From an uncultured Acidobacteriota bacterium (lineage in GTDB: Bacteria > Acidobacteriota > Vicinamibacteria > Vicinamibacterales > 2-12-FULL-66-21), in contig CAVVQQ010000003.1 in assembly GCA_963750475.1 (NCBI GenBank), forward strand, positions 162,523-226,522: a DNA stretch of 64,000 nucleotides. Reading direction: 5' to 3'. Positions within the stretch are counted from its first letter, which is position 1. Every line of letters starts with the position of its first letter. Below the pieces are notes generated by a model, which saw nothing but the letters and a program-made list of their open reading frames with translations, had not been told where the DNA came from and searched no databases. Shown one piece after another: positions 30,342 through 40,437 of this stretch. The position numbers and the translations under genes were made by a program.

Positions 30342-31855
30342 GTGATGGGAGACGTGGCGGGTTCCCTCACCGTTGCCGAAACGACGATGGTGAACTGTGC
30401 GCCGCCGTCCGGACAATTCTCCGCCCACAGCCGGCCCTGTTCCGCCGCCAGCAGGCCCCGCGCGATCCAGAGTCCCATACCGGTACCCGACGCGCGCGCC
30501 TTTGCTGCATCACCTCGGTAGAACCGCTCGAAGAGGTGCGGCAGGTCGGCCGGCGCGATGCCGGCGCCGTGGTCCCGAACCTCAATCACCAGACCTTCAT
30601 TCGTGAGACGCGCGTGAATGTCAATCGTCGAACCCACCGGCGCATACTGCGCCGCATTCTCCAACAGGTGCGCCAGGGCAGTCGCCGTCAGGCGCGGATC
30701 GAGCTGAACCGGCACGTCCGGGTCAACGTCCACGCTGACTTTGTGTTGGTGCAATGTCTGTTGCATCTGGCCGCGGGCCGCGGCGACGATTTCTGACGGA
30801 TGGGTCCATCGAGATTCAGCCGCGATCCCTCCCGCATCGATACGCGCCATCTCGAGGATGTTCTCAAACAACCGCGTCAGGCGCTCGACCTCCGCGAGGA
30901 TCAGGTTGCTCTGGTCCCTCCGCTCGTCCGCAGTCAACGCCGCCGCCTGGATATTGGCTGCCGCGACACGAATGGCGGTGAGCGGCGTGCGCAGATCGTG
31001 TCCAACGGATGCGAGCAGCGCCGTCTTGAGCTCCTCGCTCTGACGCGTCAGTTCTCCCGTCTTGCGCTCCTCAAGAAACTGCGCGCGCTCGATCGCGATC
31101 GCGACGACGCCCCCGAGCGCGTCGAGTGTGCCGGCCTCGATCGGGCGCCCCGTCGCCGCCAGAAGACCAATCGGCTTCGTGCCAGCCCGGAGGGGCACCA
31201 GTCGAATCACACTTCCGTCGACCGTCATGGTCTTGTGGCCGGCGTAGGTCCGTTTGTAGGCGTCGAACTCGAGCGTGGTTTGCGCGGCGGCGAAGGCGCT
31301 GGCCAGTTGCCGCGTATCCAGTCGAATCGTCTTCGATCCCGCTTCGAACATGTCCCAATCGCCCGATCGCGGCAAAGCAATGGCAACGAACTCCAGGTCG
31401 AATCGACGGGCGATCGATCGCGCCAAGATCGAGATCGCCTCACGGCTATCGGTCATCACCAGCACATCACGGCTCAAGTCGAAGAGCCGCGCGAGTTCGT
31501 CGCGTCGCCCGACGGCTTCGGACGTCCGCGCACGAGCCACCGCGGACAGGTTGCTGGCGACAAGACTCACGGCCAGGAACGCAAACAGAGCCACCCAGTT
31601 CTGCGGGTCGGCGATCGACCAGGTGCCCACCGGCGGTAAGAAGAAGAAGTTGAAAGAGAGCATGGCGACGACTGATGTCACGACCGCGATCCAGAGGCGC
31701 GAGGTGGCCGCGAGGACGAGGACGACCATCAGAAACGACGTCGAGACGATGGCAGCGTTCGACACGTGCAGCCAACGGACGTCCGTGAGCGTCACGATCG
31801 CGACTGCACCGAGGCCGGCGGCGAGCCGTAATGCGTCTGATGGACCACGAGCCAT
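30338..31855 (-). CDS. kdpD: KdpD membrane/histidine kinase half (DUF4118-HisKA-HATPase)
   Basis: FNFFFLPPVGTWSIADPQNWVAL, GHDLRTPLT, LLENAAQY, GTGMGL. Confidence 0.92.
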   Translation of the reverse strand: MARGPSDALRLAAGLGAVAIVTLTDVRWLHVSNAAIVSTSFLMVVLVLAATSRLWIAVVTSVVAMLSFNFFFLPPVGTWSIADPQNWVALFAFLAVSLVASNLSAVARARTSEAVGRRDELARLFDLSRDVLVMTDSREAISILARSIARRFDLEFVAIALPRSGDWDMFEAGSKTIRLDTRQLASAFAAAQTTLEFDAYKRTYAGHKTMTVDGSVIRLVPLRAGTKPIGLLAATGRPIEAGTLDALGGVVAIAIERAQFLEERKTGELTRQSEELKTALLASVGHDLRTPLTAIRVAAANIQAAALTADERRDQSNLILAEVERLTRLFENILEMARIDAGGIAAESRWTHPSEIVAAARGQMQQTLHQHKVSVDVDPDVPVQLDPRLTATALAHLLENAAQYAPVGSTIDIHARLTNEGLVIEVRDHGAGIAPADLPHLFERFYRGDAAKARASGTGMGLWIARGLLAAEQGRLWAENCPDGGAQFTIVVSATVREPATSPIT

Positions 31856-32091
31856 GAAGCGACATGATAGCCGAGCGTCCGTTCGTCACAGGTGGCCGCC
31901 GGAGACGTTCAAATGCGTGGCGGCGCGGCCTGCTTTTCCCGACCGGGACTGGTTCTCCATTCACATGTTGGAACACATCCGCGATGAGAGCCGCCGGCGG
32001 TTAGCCGCTGATCAAGGCAGGGCTCGGCGAGACGGTCGATAGTGTTCGCGGCCGCGCTGCTACGAAGTCACCGGCGCCGCACGGCAGGTTG

Positions 32092-32203
32092 GGCGAAATA
32101 GTGGCGAAACATCAGCAATTCACGCCGCTTCTCGAATCAACCAGTTGCGGAAATCGCCCAGTGCGGCGAGCCGCATCCTAAACAGCTCAAAATACACGGG
32201 TTA
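32092..32203. repeat. Junction repeat copy 4 (left half intact, right half degenerate)
   Basis: GGCGAAATAGTGGCGAAA; IR-L 32141-32167; core GAGCCG 32168-32173; no clear right arm. Confidence 0.9.
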
Positions 32204-32454
32204 CGGATCGGTCCAAGCCGAGTATCGAACTTCCACAGGCTAAGTGCTGGATTGTACGGTCGTCTCAACTTGTACAGGGGTCTATGAAGCGCTGGCTACT
32301 GGCCCGCGCTGCTCGGGCTCATGTGACAGATCGATCGCTGGCACAGGCAAGCGAGGGCGCATCAAGACTGAGGCCGTGGTCCTCAAAACACTCTGAGCAG
32401 AGCAGGGCTTCGAAGGGCTCGCCGTTCGGGGCCTCGCTCATGTGGGCCGTCGGC

Positions 32455-32715
32455 TCACTGGTTCTTCACGAGGGAGTCGGCCAGGCGGACCTTGATGAAC
32501 GCCTGCCTAGTCACGCCGAGTCGACGGGCTTCTTGATCGATCTCACGCAGCAGGTCCACCGGGAAGTCGACATTGACGCGTTGAACCGCCCGGCCAGGGC
32601 GGATGGCCTTGCCGAGATCGACATGAGCCGACAGGTCAATGCCGGCGTCGTGCATGGCGTCGAGTTCGGCGGCCGGGAGGGCCCTAGTCTTGGAGGTACG
32701 CTGCTTTTTCTTCAT
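32455..32715 (-). CDS. brnA: BrnA/CopG-like antitoxin
   Basis: AAELDAMHDAGIDL...RVNVDFPVDLLREIDQEARRLGVTRQAFIKVRLAD. Confidence 0.85.
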   Translation of the reverse strand: MKKKQRTSKTRALPAAELDAMHDAGIDLSAHVDLGKAIRPGRAVQRVNVDFPVDLLREIDQEARRLGVTRQAFIKVRLADSLVKNQ

Positions 32716-32945
32716 CGGGTGCTCGCCCGACGGAAATGATCCGGACGCGGCCGCCCCGCATGGTAATGAACGCCGACCACACGGCGTCGCCGATTCGCCC
32801 AATGACCTGGGTCCGAGGTTCGTCGAGCGAGCGGCCGGGATCTCAAGCCGGCCGGCGTCGCTCCACAGCGCCTGAGCGCCGATGAAGTCGATGCCGTGCT
32901 TCTCGAGATTGGCCGCCGACTTCGCCTGTCGAACTCGAAGTCCAT
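32684..32945 (-). pseudogene. brnT: BrnT family ribonuclease toxin (frameshifted)
   Basis: MDFEFD/KSAANLEKHGIDFIGAQALWSD/EPRTQVIGRIGDAVWSAFITMRGGRVRIISV across frames. Confidence 0.82.
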
Positions 32946-33151
32946 CAAGTATAGAAAGTATACCAAAACAGGTCAGCTACGGTGCGGGTCAAGGCGGACG
33001 CCTGGCGACATCCGAACAGTTCTAAGGTTCCGTCACCGTCGTGCGTTCATTCATGAGGGGCGGTCGGTTGGGCGTGCCGAGCACGCCAATGAGCGGAGAT
33101 GGAGACGGCCCCTTAGGAGGATGGCTCGCAGAGTCCGGATCGGTGCAGGAA

Positions 33152-33201
33152 GGCGAAATAGCGGCGAAACGCTCGCGACTTACGCCGCTTCTCGAATCAA
33201 C
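33152..33201. repeat. Junction repeat copy 5 (truncated after GAATCAAC)
   Basis: GGCGAAATAGCGGCGAAACGCTCGCGACTTACGCCGCTTCTCGAATCAAC, then the stop codon of the next gene. Confidence 0.9.
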
Positions 33202-33202
33202 T

Positions 33203-34390
33203 TTACCGATAGTTCTGCAGTTCGATGCCGCTGCTCATTTGGGCTCCGAACAGCAGCCGAATGAGCCCAAATCGGTTCGCGACATTGATGGATGCGTTTC
33301 GCAGCCAGAGCCCGTAAGCACTCCTGGGCACGAAGCTCGCAGCAAAACCGCGCGCCCCCTTCTGCTTGCGCTCCACATAGGGCCGCAGGCGCTGTTCATA
33401 CATCTCGAATGCGGACGCGTGGTGTCCCTGCGCGACATCCAATTCTCCAGCGAGCGTGTAAGCTTCCGCCATGGCCATCGCTGACCCTTCGCCGGCGAGC
33501 AGGCTCGGACAAGCGCACGCGTCGCCGATCAGAGCGACGCGGCCCTTGGTCCAACTCGGCATCACGATCTGACTGACCCGATCGAAATAGAGATCGGTGC
33601 TGGCCTGAAGCGCGTGGAGCATCTCTTCGGTTTCCCAGCCACCGCCAGAGTAGAGGCGTATCAGGATCTCTTTCTGACGCGAGGAATCGTGGATCGGAGC
33701 TGCGTGGGGATCGGGGTCGGCGAACACCAGCATGAAGACCGTCGAGTCCTCGTCGACGGTGATCCGCCAAATCTGCCGGCCGGGTTCGCCGTAAGTCACG
33801 TATGCGTCCGGGTCACGGAACCGGTAGCCTTGGGCAGTGAACGCCGCAACGTAGTATCCGAGGAAGCGTTCGAATCGCGCGTCTTCACCAAAGCAGAGCC
33901 GGCGCACGGCGGAGTGGAGGCCGTCGGCACCGATGACCAGATCGAAAGTCTGAGGCTCACCTTCGCGAAACTTCACGTCTACGCCGCGCGGGCTGTCTTC
34001 GAGGCCGGTCACGCTGTTCCCGAACCGTACTTCGACTCGGTCCTTGACCGCTTCGTAGAGAGTAGAAGCCAGCGCCGAACGCGGCAGGCTCATGCCCCGG
34101 CCCTTTATGAGCTCTTGCACCGCTCCCTGGTTGAAGCCGCTGATCCGCCGGCCGCCGCGATCGACGATTCGGAATTCCTGAACGTTGAGGTCATGCCGGC
34201 GGAGTTCGTCCAGCACGCCCATCTTCTCGGCGACGTCGTAGCCGAGGCCCCAAAAGTCGATGACGTAGCCGCCGGATCGCGGTTCGGGCGCCTGTTCCAC
34301 CAAGGTCACCGCATATCCGTACCTGTCGAGCCACCAGGCGAGGCAAGAGCCTGCCACCCCGGCTCCTGACACGAGAACTGTCCCAGACAT
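33203..34390 (-). CDS. FAD-dependent monooxygenase/oxidoreductase
   Basis: VSGAGVAG, IGADGLHSAVR, LIGDACACPSLLAGEG. Confidence 0.9.
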   Translation of the reverse strand: MSGTVLVSGAGVAGSCLAWWLDRYGYAVTLVEQAPEPRSGGYVIDFWGLGYDVAEKMGVLDELRRHDLNVQEFRIVDRGGRRISGFNQGAVQELIKGRGMSLPRSALASTLYEAVKDRVEVRFGNSVTGLEDSPRGVDVKFREGEPQTFDLVIGADGLHSAVRRLCFGEDARFERFLGYYVAAFTAQGYRFRDPDAYVTYGEPGRQIWRITVDEDSTVFMLVFADPDPHAAPIHDSSRQKEILIRLYSGGGWETEEMLHALQASTDLYFDRVSQIVMPSWTKGRVALIGDACACPSLLAGEGSAMAMAEAYTLAGELDVAQGHHASAFEMYEQRLRPYVERKQKGARGFAASFVPRSAYGLWLRNASINVANRFGLIRLLFGAQMSSGIELQNYR

Positions 34391-34589
34391 GGCACATTCT
34401 CCTATGGACCGTCGGTCTGATTTGGTGATTGCTCAGGGTCCCGGGCTGTCGTCGGTGCCCTGTGGAACTCCACGACGCCCGGTCGCCCGGTGGAGTCCGG
34501 GAACGTGGTGAAAATTCGATAAAGCCTCTTCGTTAGACAAATGAAGCGGCCATCGCGCAACTCTTCGTGAGTTCTGGCGGGAGACGAAC

Positions 34590-34773
34590 GTTTCACCGCC
34601 TCATGAAGGCCGCGGGAAATGAATGTGTGCTCGTGCCCTTCGCGGGAAAGGACCACGGCGTGTTCAGCGGGACGTGTTTTCGTCCGACGCGCGATGAAGT
34701 TGACTATGGTCTGACGATGAAGCGTTCAGTCGAATTGCCGACTGCCCGCGCCTGCCCGGCCCCAACGAAATGA
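34590..34773 (+). pseudogene. C-terminal fragment of an esterase/alpha-beta hydrolase
   Basis: FHRLMKAAGNECVLVPFAGKDHGVF; no N-terminal part. Confidence 0.5.
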
Positions 34774-34792
34774 TGCCGGCACCGACGAACGA

Positions 34793-35787
34793 ATGATCAT
34801 GAAACAAATCCTCAGTCTCCTTTCGGCCCTGCTGCTCGTGCCAGTCGTGGCATTGAATGCCGCGGAAAACGCCAGGCCGGTGGTGCCCGCCGGCAAGGTG
34901 GCGTTGACCGAAGAGAACGGTGGTCTGCCAGCCGACACCGGAGTGTTCGCGACCAATTTGTTCACCACGCAGGCGATCGACTACATGCGAGCCCGCCAGG
35001 AAAAGCACGAACCGTTCTTGGCCTACCTCCCGTACAACATCGCGCATGGCCCCCACGACATGCCGCCGGACGCGCGACCAGGCATCAACGCACGCACGGC
35101 GACGGTCGAAAATATGGACAAGAATATCGGGCGACTCCTGGCGTTCCTGGAAACGTCCGGTCTGGCGGAAAACACGCTGCTGGTGTTCATCCTCGGGGAC
35201 AACGGCGAGGCCAATTCCATGCTGCGGGCGGCAAGGCCACTGGATACGAGGGCGGTCACCGGGTGCCGTGTTTCGTCCGCTGGCCGGCCGGTGGTTATGC
35301 GGGCACGACCGCGACCGCTCGCGAGATGCCGCGCCTGGTCAGTGAAATTGATTTACAGTCGCTCCAAGCCGCCTATGAAGACTGGTTGCGCGACGTCAGT
35401 GTGAATGCGGCGGACTACAACGCAGTGGCCTTCGCACAGGCGGGCGATTACTCTTTCGATCTGCGCCGCTGGCCGCGGGAGATCGCCGGTCAAACCACGG
35501 TCACCTCGCAACTGCGCACCCCGATCAAGAGCACCAGCGGAGATCGTCCCACCCTCGGAAAAGCGCTGCCCGTTCGCACCGCGCGAATTCGCATCTGGCA
35601 CGGCGAGAAAACCTACGCCGACGAGCGACAGGACGTGAAACCCGATTCATCCGGCGCGGTGTTTGCCGCGCGCCTGCCCGCCGGTCCGGCGATGGTGCAG
35701 ACCTGGTTCTATGATGAGGCCGGCAAAGAGCTGTGCGGAGCCCATTACGATTATGTCAGCGCCGGAAAACCAGCCACCAGCCGGTGA
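34793..35787 (+). pseudogene. Internally deleted arylsulfatase remnant
   Basis: Signal peptide joined to TNLFTTQAIDYM..PFLAYLPYNIAHGP..ENMDKNIGRLL..GDNG, then PCFVRWP and the C-terminus; catalytic CxPxR region missing. Confidence 0.72.
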
Positions 35788-35850
35788 GCCGTGCTCAACT
35801 GAGAATGGGCGATGATGTCGGCGACCGAGGACCATCGTGGAGGACTTCGC

Positions 35851-36546
35851 ATGAAGATTGGATCGTTCAGCCCAACGATGGTGGTGGCGATGCTGTGCGG
35901 CGCCGTGGGCCTGGCGACTGCCCTTGACGCTGCTCCGCAGGCGCCTGTGAAGCGCGAGAACATCGAGTGGGTCGACGTCTGGATCTCGCATGGAAAGGAC
36001 GGTGCCCTTCCGCGTGTGCTCCTCATTGGCGACTCGATCACGCGTGCCTACTATCCGAAAGTGGAGGAGGCGCTGGCCGGCCGCGCCTATGTCGGCCGGC
36101 TCGCGACCTCGAAGAGCCTCGGCGACCTCAGTCTGCTCGACGAGGTGGCGATGGTCCTGAAACAGTACCGCTTCGACATCATCCACTTCAATAACGGCAT
36201 GCACGGCTGGGACTACACCGAGGAGGAATATTCACGGGCGTTTCCCGCCTGGCTGGCCACCATTCGTGCAGGTGCGCCGAACGCGAAGCTGATCTGGGCG
36301 TCGACGACGCCCGTCCGGGAAGGGAAAGACCTGACGCTCGCGCCGAGGACTGAGCGCGTCCGAGCGCGGAATCAGACGGGCCTCCAGAACGCGCGGCGTG
36401 AAGGCATTCGTGTCGACGACCTCTTCGCCCTCGTCATTGATCATCCTGAGTACTCGGCCAGCGACGGCGTGCATGCGAGTCCAGCGGGCATCGCCGCCCA
36501 GGCCGCGCAGGTCGCGGCGTCGGTTGCCGCCCTGCTGCCGGACTGA
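35851..36546 (+). CDS. SGNH/GDSL hydrolase, secreted
   Basis: LIGDSI, HFNNGMHG, DGVH. Confidence 0.88.
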   Translation: MKIGSFSPTMVVAMLCGAVGLATALDAAPQAPVKRENIEWVDVWISHGKDGALPRVLLIGDSITRAYYPKVEEALAGRAYVGRLATSKSLGDLSLLDEVAMVLKQYRFDIIHFNNGMHGWDYTEEEYSRAFPAWLATIRAGAPNAKLIWASTTPVREGKDLTLAPRTERVRARNQTGLQNARREGIRVDDLFALVIDHPEYSASDGVHASPAGIAAQAAQVAASVAALLPD

Positions 36547-36642
36547 CGCGAATCATCTGTCGTCAACCTGCATGCGCGGACTCCCACTGGTGTGACAATC
36601 ACGATCCAGGAATTCCATGCAGCAACCGTCAAGGAGACGCCC

Positions 36643-37288
36643 GTGTCCAAGCTTCGCGTGAACGCCTTTACCGTGTCGGCCGACGGCTTCGGCGCCGGCC
36701 CCGACCAGGGGCGTGACCAACCGCTCGGCCGCGGCGGCGAACAACTGCACCAGTGGTTCCTTCCAACCCGCACCTTCCAGCGGGACGTCCTGAGGCGAGA
36801 CGGCGGGACGACCGGCATCGACAACGACTTCGCGGTACGCTCGTTCGAGAATCTCGGCGCCTGGATCATGGGCCGCAACATGTTCGGACCGGTGCGCGGA
36901 CCCTGGCCGGACCATGAGTGGAAGGGCTGGTGGGGCGCCAATCCACCGTACCACGTGCCGGTCTTCGTCCTGACCCACCATGCGCGCCCGCCGCTGGAGA
37001 TGGAGGGCGGCACCGTCTTCCATTTCGTCACCGAGGGGATCGAGGCGGCGCTGGAGCCAGGCGCGGGCGGCCGCTCAGGGGAAGGATGTGCGAATCGGCG
37101 GCGGAGCAGCCACCATCCGCCAGTATCTGCGGGCCGGGCTGCTCGACGAGATACACCTCGCCATCTCGCCGGTCCTGCTCGGCCAAGGCGAGCCGCTGCT
37201 CGAAGGCATCGACCTTCCCGCGCTCGGCTACAGAGTGAAGGAGCACGTCTTTACCGAGGCGGCGATGCACTTGGTGGTCGGACGGTAG
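36643..37288 (+). CDS. Dihydrofolate reductase/RibD C-terminal family protein (frameshift ~37060)
   Basis: IMGRNMFGP, WKGWWGANPPYHVPVFVLTHH, then DVRIGGGAATIRQYL. Confidence 0.88.
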
Positions 37289-37416
37289 GCTCCGAAGCCA
37301 GGTCTAGGATCGAGATTGCGCATCGTCGTCGCGGCGGGCGCGGCGCCACATTGCCTCGACAACACGACAAGGCCGGGGAGTGTTCCTGAAAATGTTACAG
37401 CGATCTCCGGTAGTGG

Positions 37417-38682
37417 TCAGTCTGCTTGTGCCCTCGCGAGCACGAGCGCACTGTCACGGCGGGTGTCGACCAGCCTGATGCCGACGCCGTTCGGCTTCGT
37501 CAATGCGGTCGTGTGGAACGCCGTCACACCGGCTCGAAGCAGCTTGCCTGGTTTACGACTGGCTGGACCAACAACGCCCTCGATTGTCGTCGGCCACTCG
37601 CCGTCGTTGTCGATGGCACGTCGCTGCAGGCGCTCGAGCAGTCGCCAGGTCCAGGTGTGCGAGTCGGTAACTGTGGGAACTTCTCTTCCCGTTCGGCGCT
37701 GCAGGAAGTCTATCCCCTCGGCGCTGAGCGCGACATCCGCATGCGTAGCCTCCGCGAGCATCCATGCAAGAGCGATGTCCGAGGTCGAGTCGTTGTCGTT
37801 GCCACCGCCGACATCGGAATGGCAACCGGAGAACCAGACCTCATTGATCACCTGATTCGCCAACGCTTCTTTCGTGTCGCCGTCGAGCCTGGCCGCGGCG
37901 AAGTTGTTCGACCCAGGAGCGACATCGAGTCCCTGGTCATGATCGAGCCATCCCCAAGTGGTCGCATCGAACCACCCGCGGTGCTCGTCGGCCGCCATCG
38001 CGTGACATACCGTCCGGACAATGGGGTTATGCCGGAGATGCGGGAGCATCACGGGATGCAACCCGCCATAGGACTTGACGGTGTCCCAGAGGCCGAGGAA
38101 ATGAACCGGGCAGTGGCGCGGCTGCGCCTCGCGCCAGAACGCCTCCACCCTCGTCGTCTCGGCCTTCATCGGCTCGTAGAGTCGCCAGGCAGCATCAAAA
38201 ACTCCGCGCGCGTCGGACAGTCCGCAGCGGTAGATCAAGCCGGCTAGAGCCCGAACTGTAAACGCTCCTCGGCTAAAGCCGAACAAGAACACTCGGTCGG
38301 TCTCCTCCCGGTATCGCGCGGCCAGCCACTCGTACATCTGCTGGACGTTCTCGATCAGGCCGGCACCGTTCGCGAGGCCGCGAATCAGGTTCCACTTCGT
38401 CACGGGAGGAAACCAGGATTGATGAGGGCCCGGCAGCACCTGGAGGTTCTTCAGTGTGGGCTCGCTGGCCGCTCGGCGCTTCAGATCTTCCCAGCTCTTC
38501 GCGTCGGTGCCGATGCCCTGGTCGTAGACGACGACCTGGCGTTCCGAGTCGTCCAGTGCAAGCAAGTCGACAATGCGAGCGGCGTTCGACGCGCGGCCGG
38601 CGTATGCGTTGCCTGTGCCGTCGGCACAGATGACTACATTTCGGCACGTTGTTCCCTGGCACGTCACTCGGGGTATCGCCAT
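37417..38682 (-). CDS. DUF2235 (Tle1-like) alpha/beta hydrolase
   Basis: CADGTGN, YDQGIGT, FGFSRGAFTVR, GLWDTV, EVWFSGCHSDVGGG. Confidence 0.9.
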   Translation of the reverse strand: MAIPRVTCQGTTCRNVVICADGTGNAYAGRASNAARIVDLLALDDSERQVVVYDQGIGTDAKSWEDLKRRAASEPTLKNLQVLPGPHQSWFPPVTKWNLIRGLANGAGLIENVQQMYEWLAARYREETDRVFLFGFSRGAFTVRALAGLIYRCGLSDARGVFDAAWRLYEPMKAETTRVEAFWREAQPRHCPVHFLGLWDTVKSYGGLHPVMLPHLRHNPIVRTVCHAMAADEHRGWFDATTWGWLDHDQGLDVAPGSNNFAAARLDGDTKEALANQVINEVWFSGCHSDVGGGNDNDSTSDIALAWMLAEATHADVALSAEGIDFLQRRTGREVPTVTDSHTWTWRLLERLQRRAIDNDGEWPTTIEGVVGPASRKPGKLLRAGVTAFHTTALTKPNGVGIRLVDTRRDSALVLARAQAD

Positions 38683-38737
38683 GGTGTCGAACTCCGTGGG
38701 CTCGCCTGGCCCTGCCGTTGCAACGAAAGGCGCCTCG

Positions 38738-39769
38738 TTACTTGGCCTTCAAGTACTGCTCCGGGACACTGGCTCCCCAGGTCTTCAGCTGGCGCGCCCA
38801 GGTGCCGAGGTTGTCCTTCGTGACTCGTACCACCTCCATCGGCGGGATGATCGTCGGCACGTCCTGTTTGAGCTGCACCTTGTCGACGATGCGCTGGACC
38901 GAGACGTAGCCCCAGTTGTAAGTCGGCAATGCGAGCAGCACCGGGGCCAGTCCGCTTTCGACGAAGGCGAGTTGCGCCGGCAGCGCATTGACGGCGACGA
39001 CCTTGACCTTCTGCGGATCGAGCTCCTTCATCAGCCGCGGCGTGAAGAGCGCCCACCCGCCGATCATCGCCCACCCCTGGATCTGCGGGTTGGCCGTTTG
39101 GGCGCTGATCACCTCGTCGGCCGCGTCGCGTGCGGTTTCCAAATGGTTGAACGTACCGACGAGCTTGATGCCCGGAGTCAGCGCGGCTTCTTTCTTGACG
39201 CCGTCGACGCGCTTGCGCAGGTTCGGCGCGTCCGCGTTTCCCCCCAGGATCGCGACGGACCCCTTCTTGTGCAGCTGGGCGGCGAGTTCGCGCATCACCG
39301 TTCGCCCGAGCTGCTCATCGTCCACACCGTAGAACGCGAAGCGCTTCGACTCGGGCGCGTCGCTGTCGAAGGTCATCACCGGCACGCCTTGATCGACGGC
39401 GTTGTTGATTGCAGCGGTCACCTTGTCAGCGTCGGAACAGGAAATCAGGATGGCGCTGGCGCGGTCCCTGACGGCCTGGGCGATGGCCACCGCCTGAATT
39501 TGTGCGTCCTCGTGGTCCGGCGTCATCCAGACGATCTGGATCGGCACACCGTGCTTCTCGGCGAGCTCCCGCGCCGCCGTTTCAGCCCCCTTGCGGGCCG
39601 ACACGAAGACCGGGTTGGTGGTGTTCTTCGCGATCATCGCGATCGTCAGGCCCTGGGCGCGCGCTGGCGCAGAGGTGCTCGCCGGCGCGCTCGACTGCTC
39701 GCCCCCGCAGCCGCCCACCCAGCCGGCCATCAGCATCACGATCAGCGCCGCCGTCAATCTCGTCTTCAT
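38738..39769 (-). CDS. RbsB-like sugar ABC substrate-binding lipoprotein (orphan)
   Basis: Lipobox VGGC, NPVFVSARKGAE, VPVMTFDSDAPES. Confidence 0.87.
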   Translation of the reverse strand: MKTRLTAALIVMLMAGWVGGCGGEQSSAPASTSAPARAQGLTIAMIAKNTTNPVFVSARKGAETAARELAEKHGVPIQIVWMTPDHEDAQIQAVAIAQAVRDRASAILISCSDADKVTAAINNAVDQGVPVMTFDSDAPESKRFAFYGVDDEQLGRTVMRELAAQLHKKGSVAILGGNADAPNLRKRVDGVKKEAALTPGIKLVGTFNHLETARDAADEVISAQTANPQIQGWAMIGGWALFTPRLMKELDPQKVKVVAVNALPAQLAFVESGLAPVLLALPTYNWGYVSVQRIVDKVQLKQDVPTIIPPMEVVRVTKDNLGTWARQLKTWGASVPEQYLKAK

Positions 39770-40136
39770 GTTGCCTCCCGTGAACCGCAGTTTCCGCTGT
39801 TATAGCCCTCTTCGGCCCGTCCGGCTGAGATATTGTGCGGCTCCGCCCTCGTGGTCTTCCTGTAGGCGAGATGGTCCGATACAGGCGGGCGCACGGGGCG
39901 TCCTCGGAGCCCTCTATCGGGCGCTCGACCGTGCGATGACGGGAACTCCTTGAACCCAGGGTTCACACTGGCGTGGCGAAACGTGTCGGCGTCGGAGCGG
40001 AAAGGCATCGTCCCATCTCACCCCCTGGGTGAGCTGGGTTAGGTGTCCGATCCCCGCAGCTTGACACTTGCCTTCTTCGTTTCTTCGCTGGATGATGGCC
40101 GGAATGCGCGAGATCGCGTTCGGCTCGAGTGACATC

Positions 40137-40385
40137 TCACAGTCGATACCGCTGCATCGCCCCGACGCCGCCAACATCAGCCAGCAGAGCCGAATCTTCG
40201 ATGAAGGAGATGCGCGCGCCTGTGGTTCGCGCCAGTCGCACGACCTGTTCCGAGAGGGGCGCGCCGTCGCTGTGAGGCCCGGCCGCACCTTCGAGAACCG
40301 ATGTGTCAGCATCGGTGTCGTCGCTCACCGCGTCCGGGGAGGCGCTGACGATCAGCGTGTCGACCTGCGCGAGCGTGAGCGCCGC
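40137..40385 (-). pseudogene. C-terminal fragment of a baeRF/eRF1-domain-3-like protein
   Basis: ALTLAQVDTLIVS...QVVRLARTTGARISFIEDSALLADVGGVGAMQRYRL*. Confidence 0.6.
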
Positions 40386-40437
40386 GATTTGCGGCCTGCG
40401 CCGCCACGACGGCCAGCTGGATAAGCGGCGGCGCGCG

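Larger units (their letters stand above)
22276..32173. mobile_element. Cargo unit 4 (complete kdp locus)
   Basis: Between cores of copies 3 and 4; the kdp genes fill almost the whole unit. Confidence 0.7.

Noticed and set aside
8327..33201. Junction repeats as a CRISPR array or classical integron attC sites
   Set aside because: Copies are kilobases apart and bound multi-gene units; no cas or intI gene; no RYYYAAC...GTTRRRY ends.
39970..39985. GTGGCGAAACG resembling the repeat's arm motif
   Set aside because: Only ~11 bp match with no IHF box, IR or core nearby; expected by chance.
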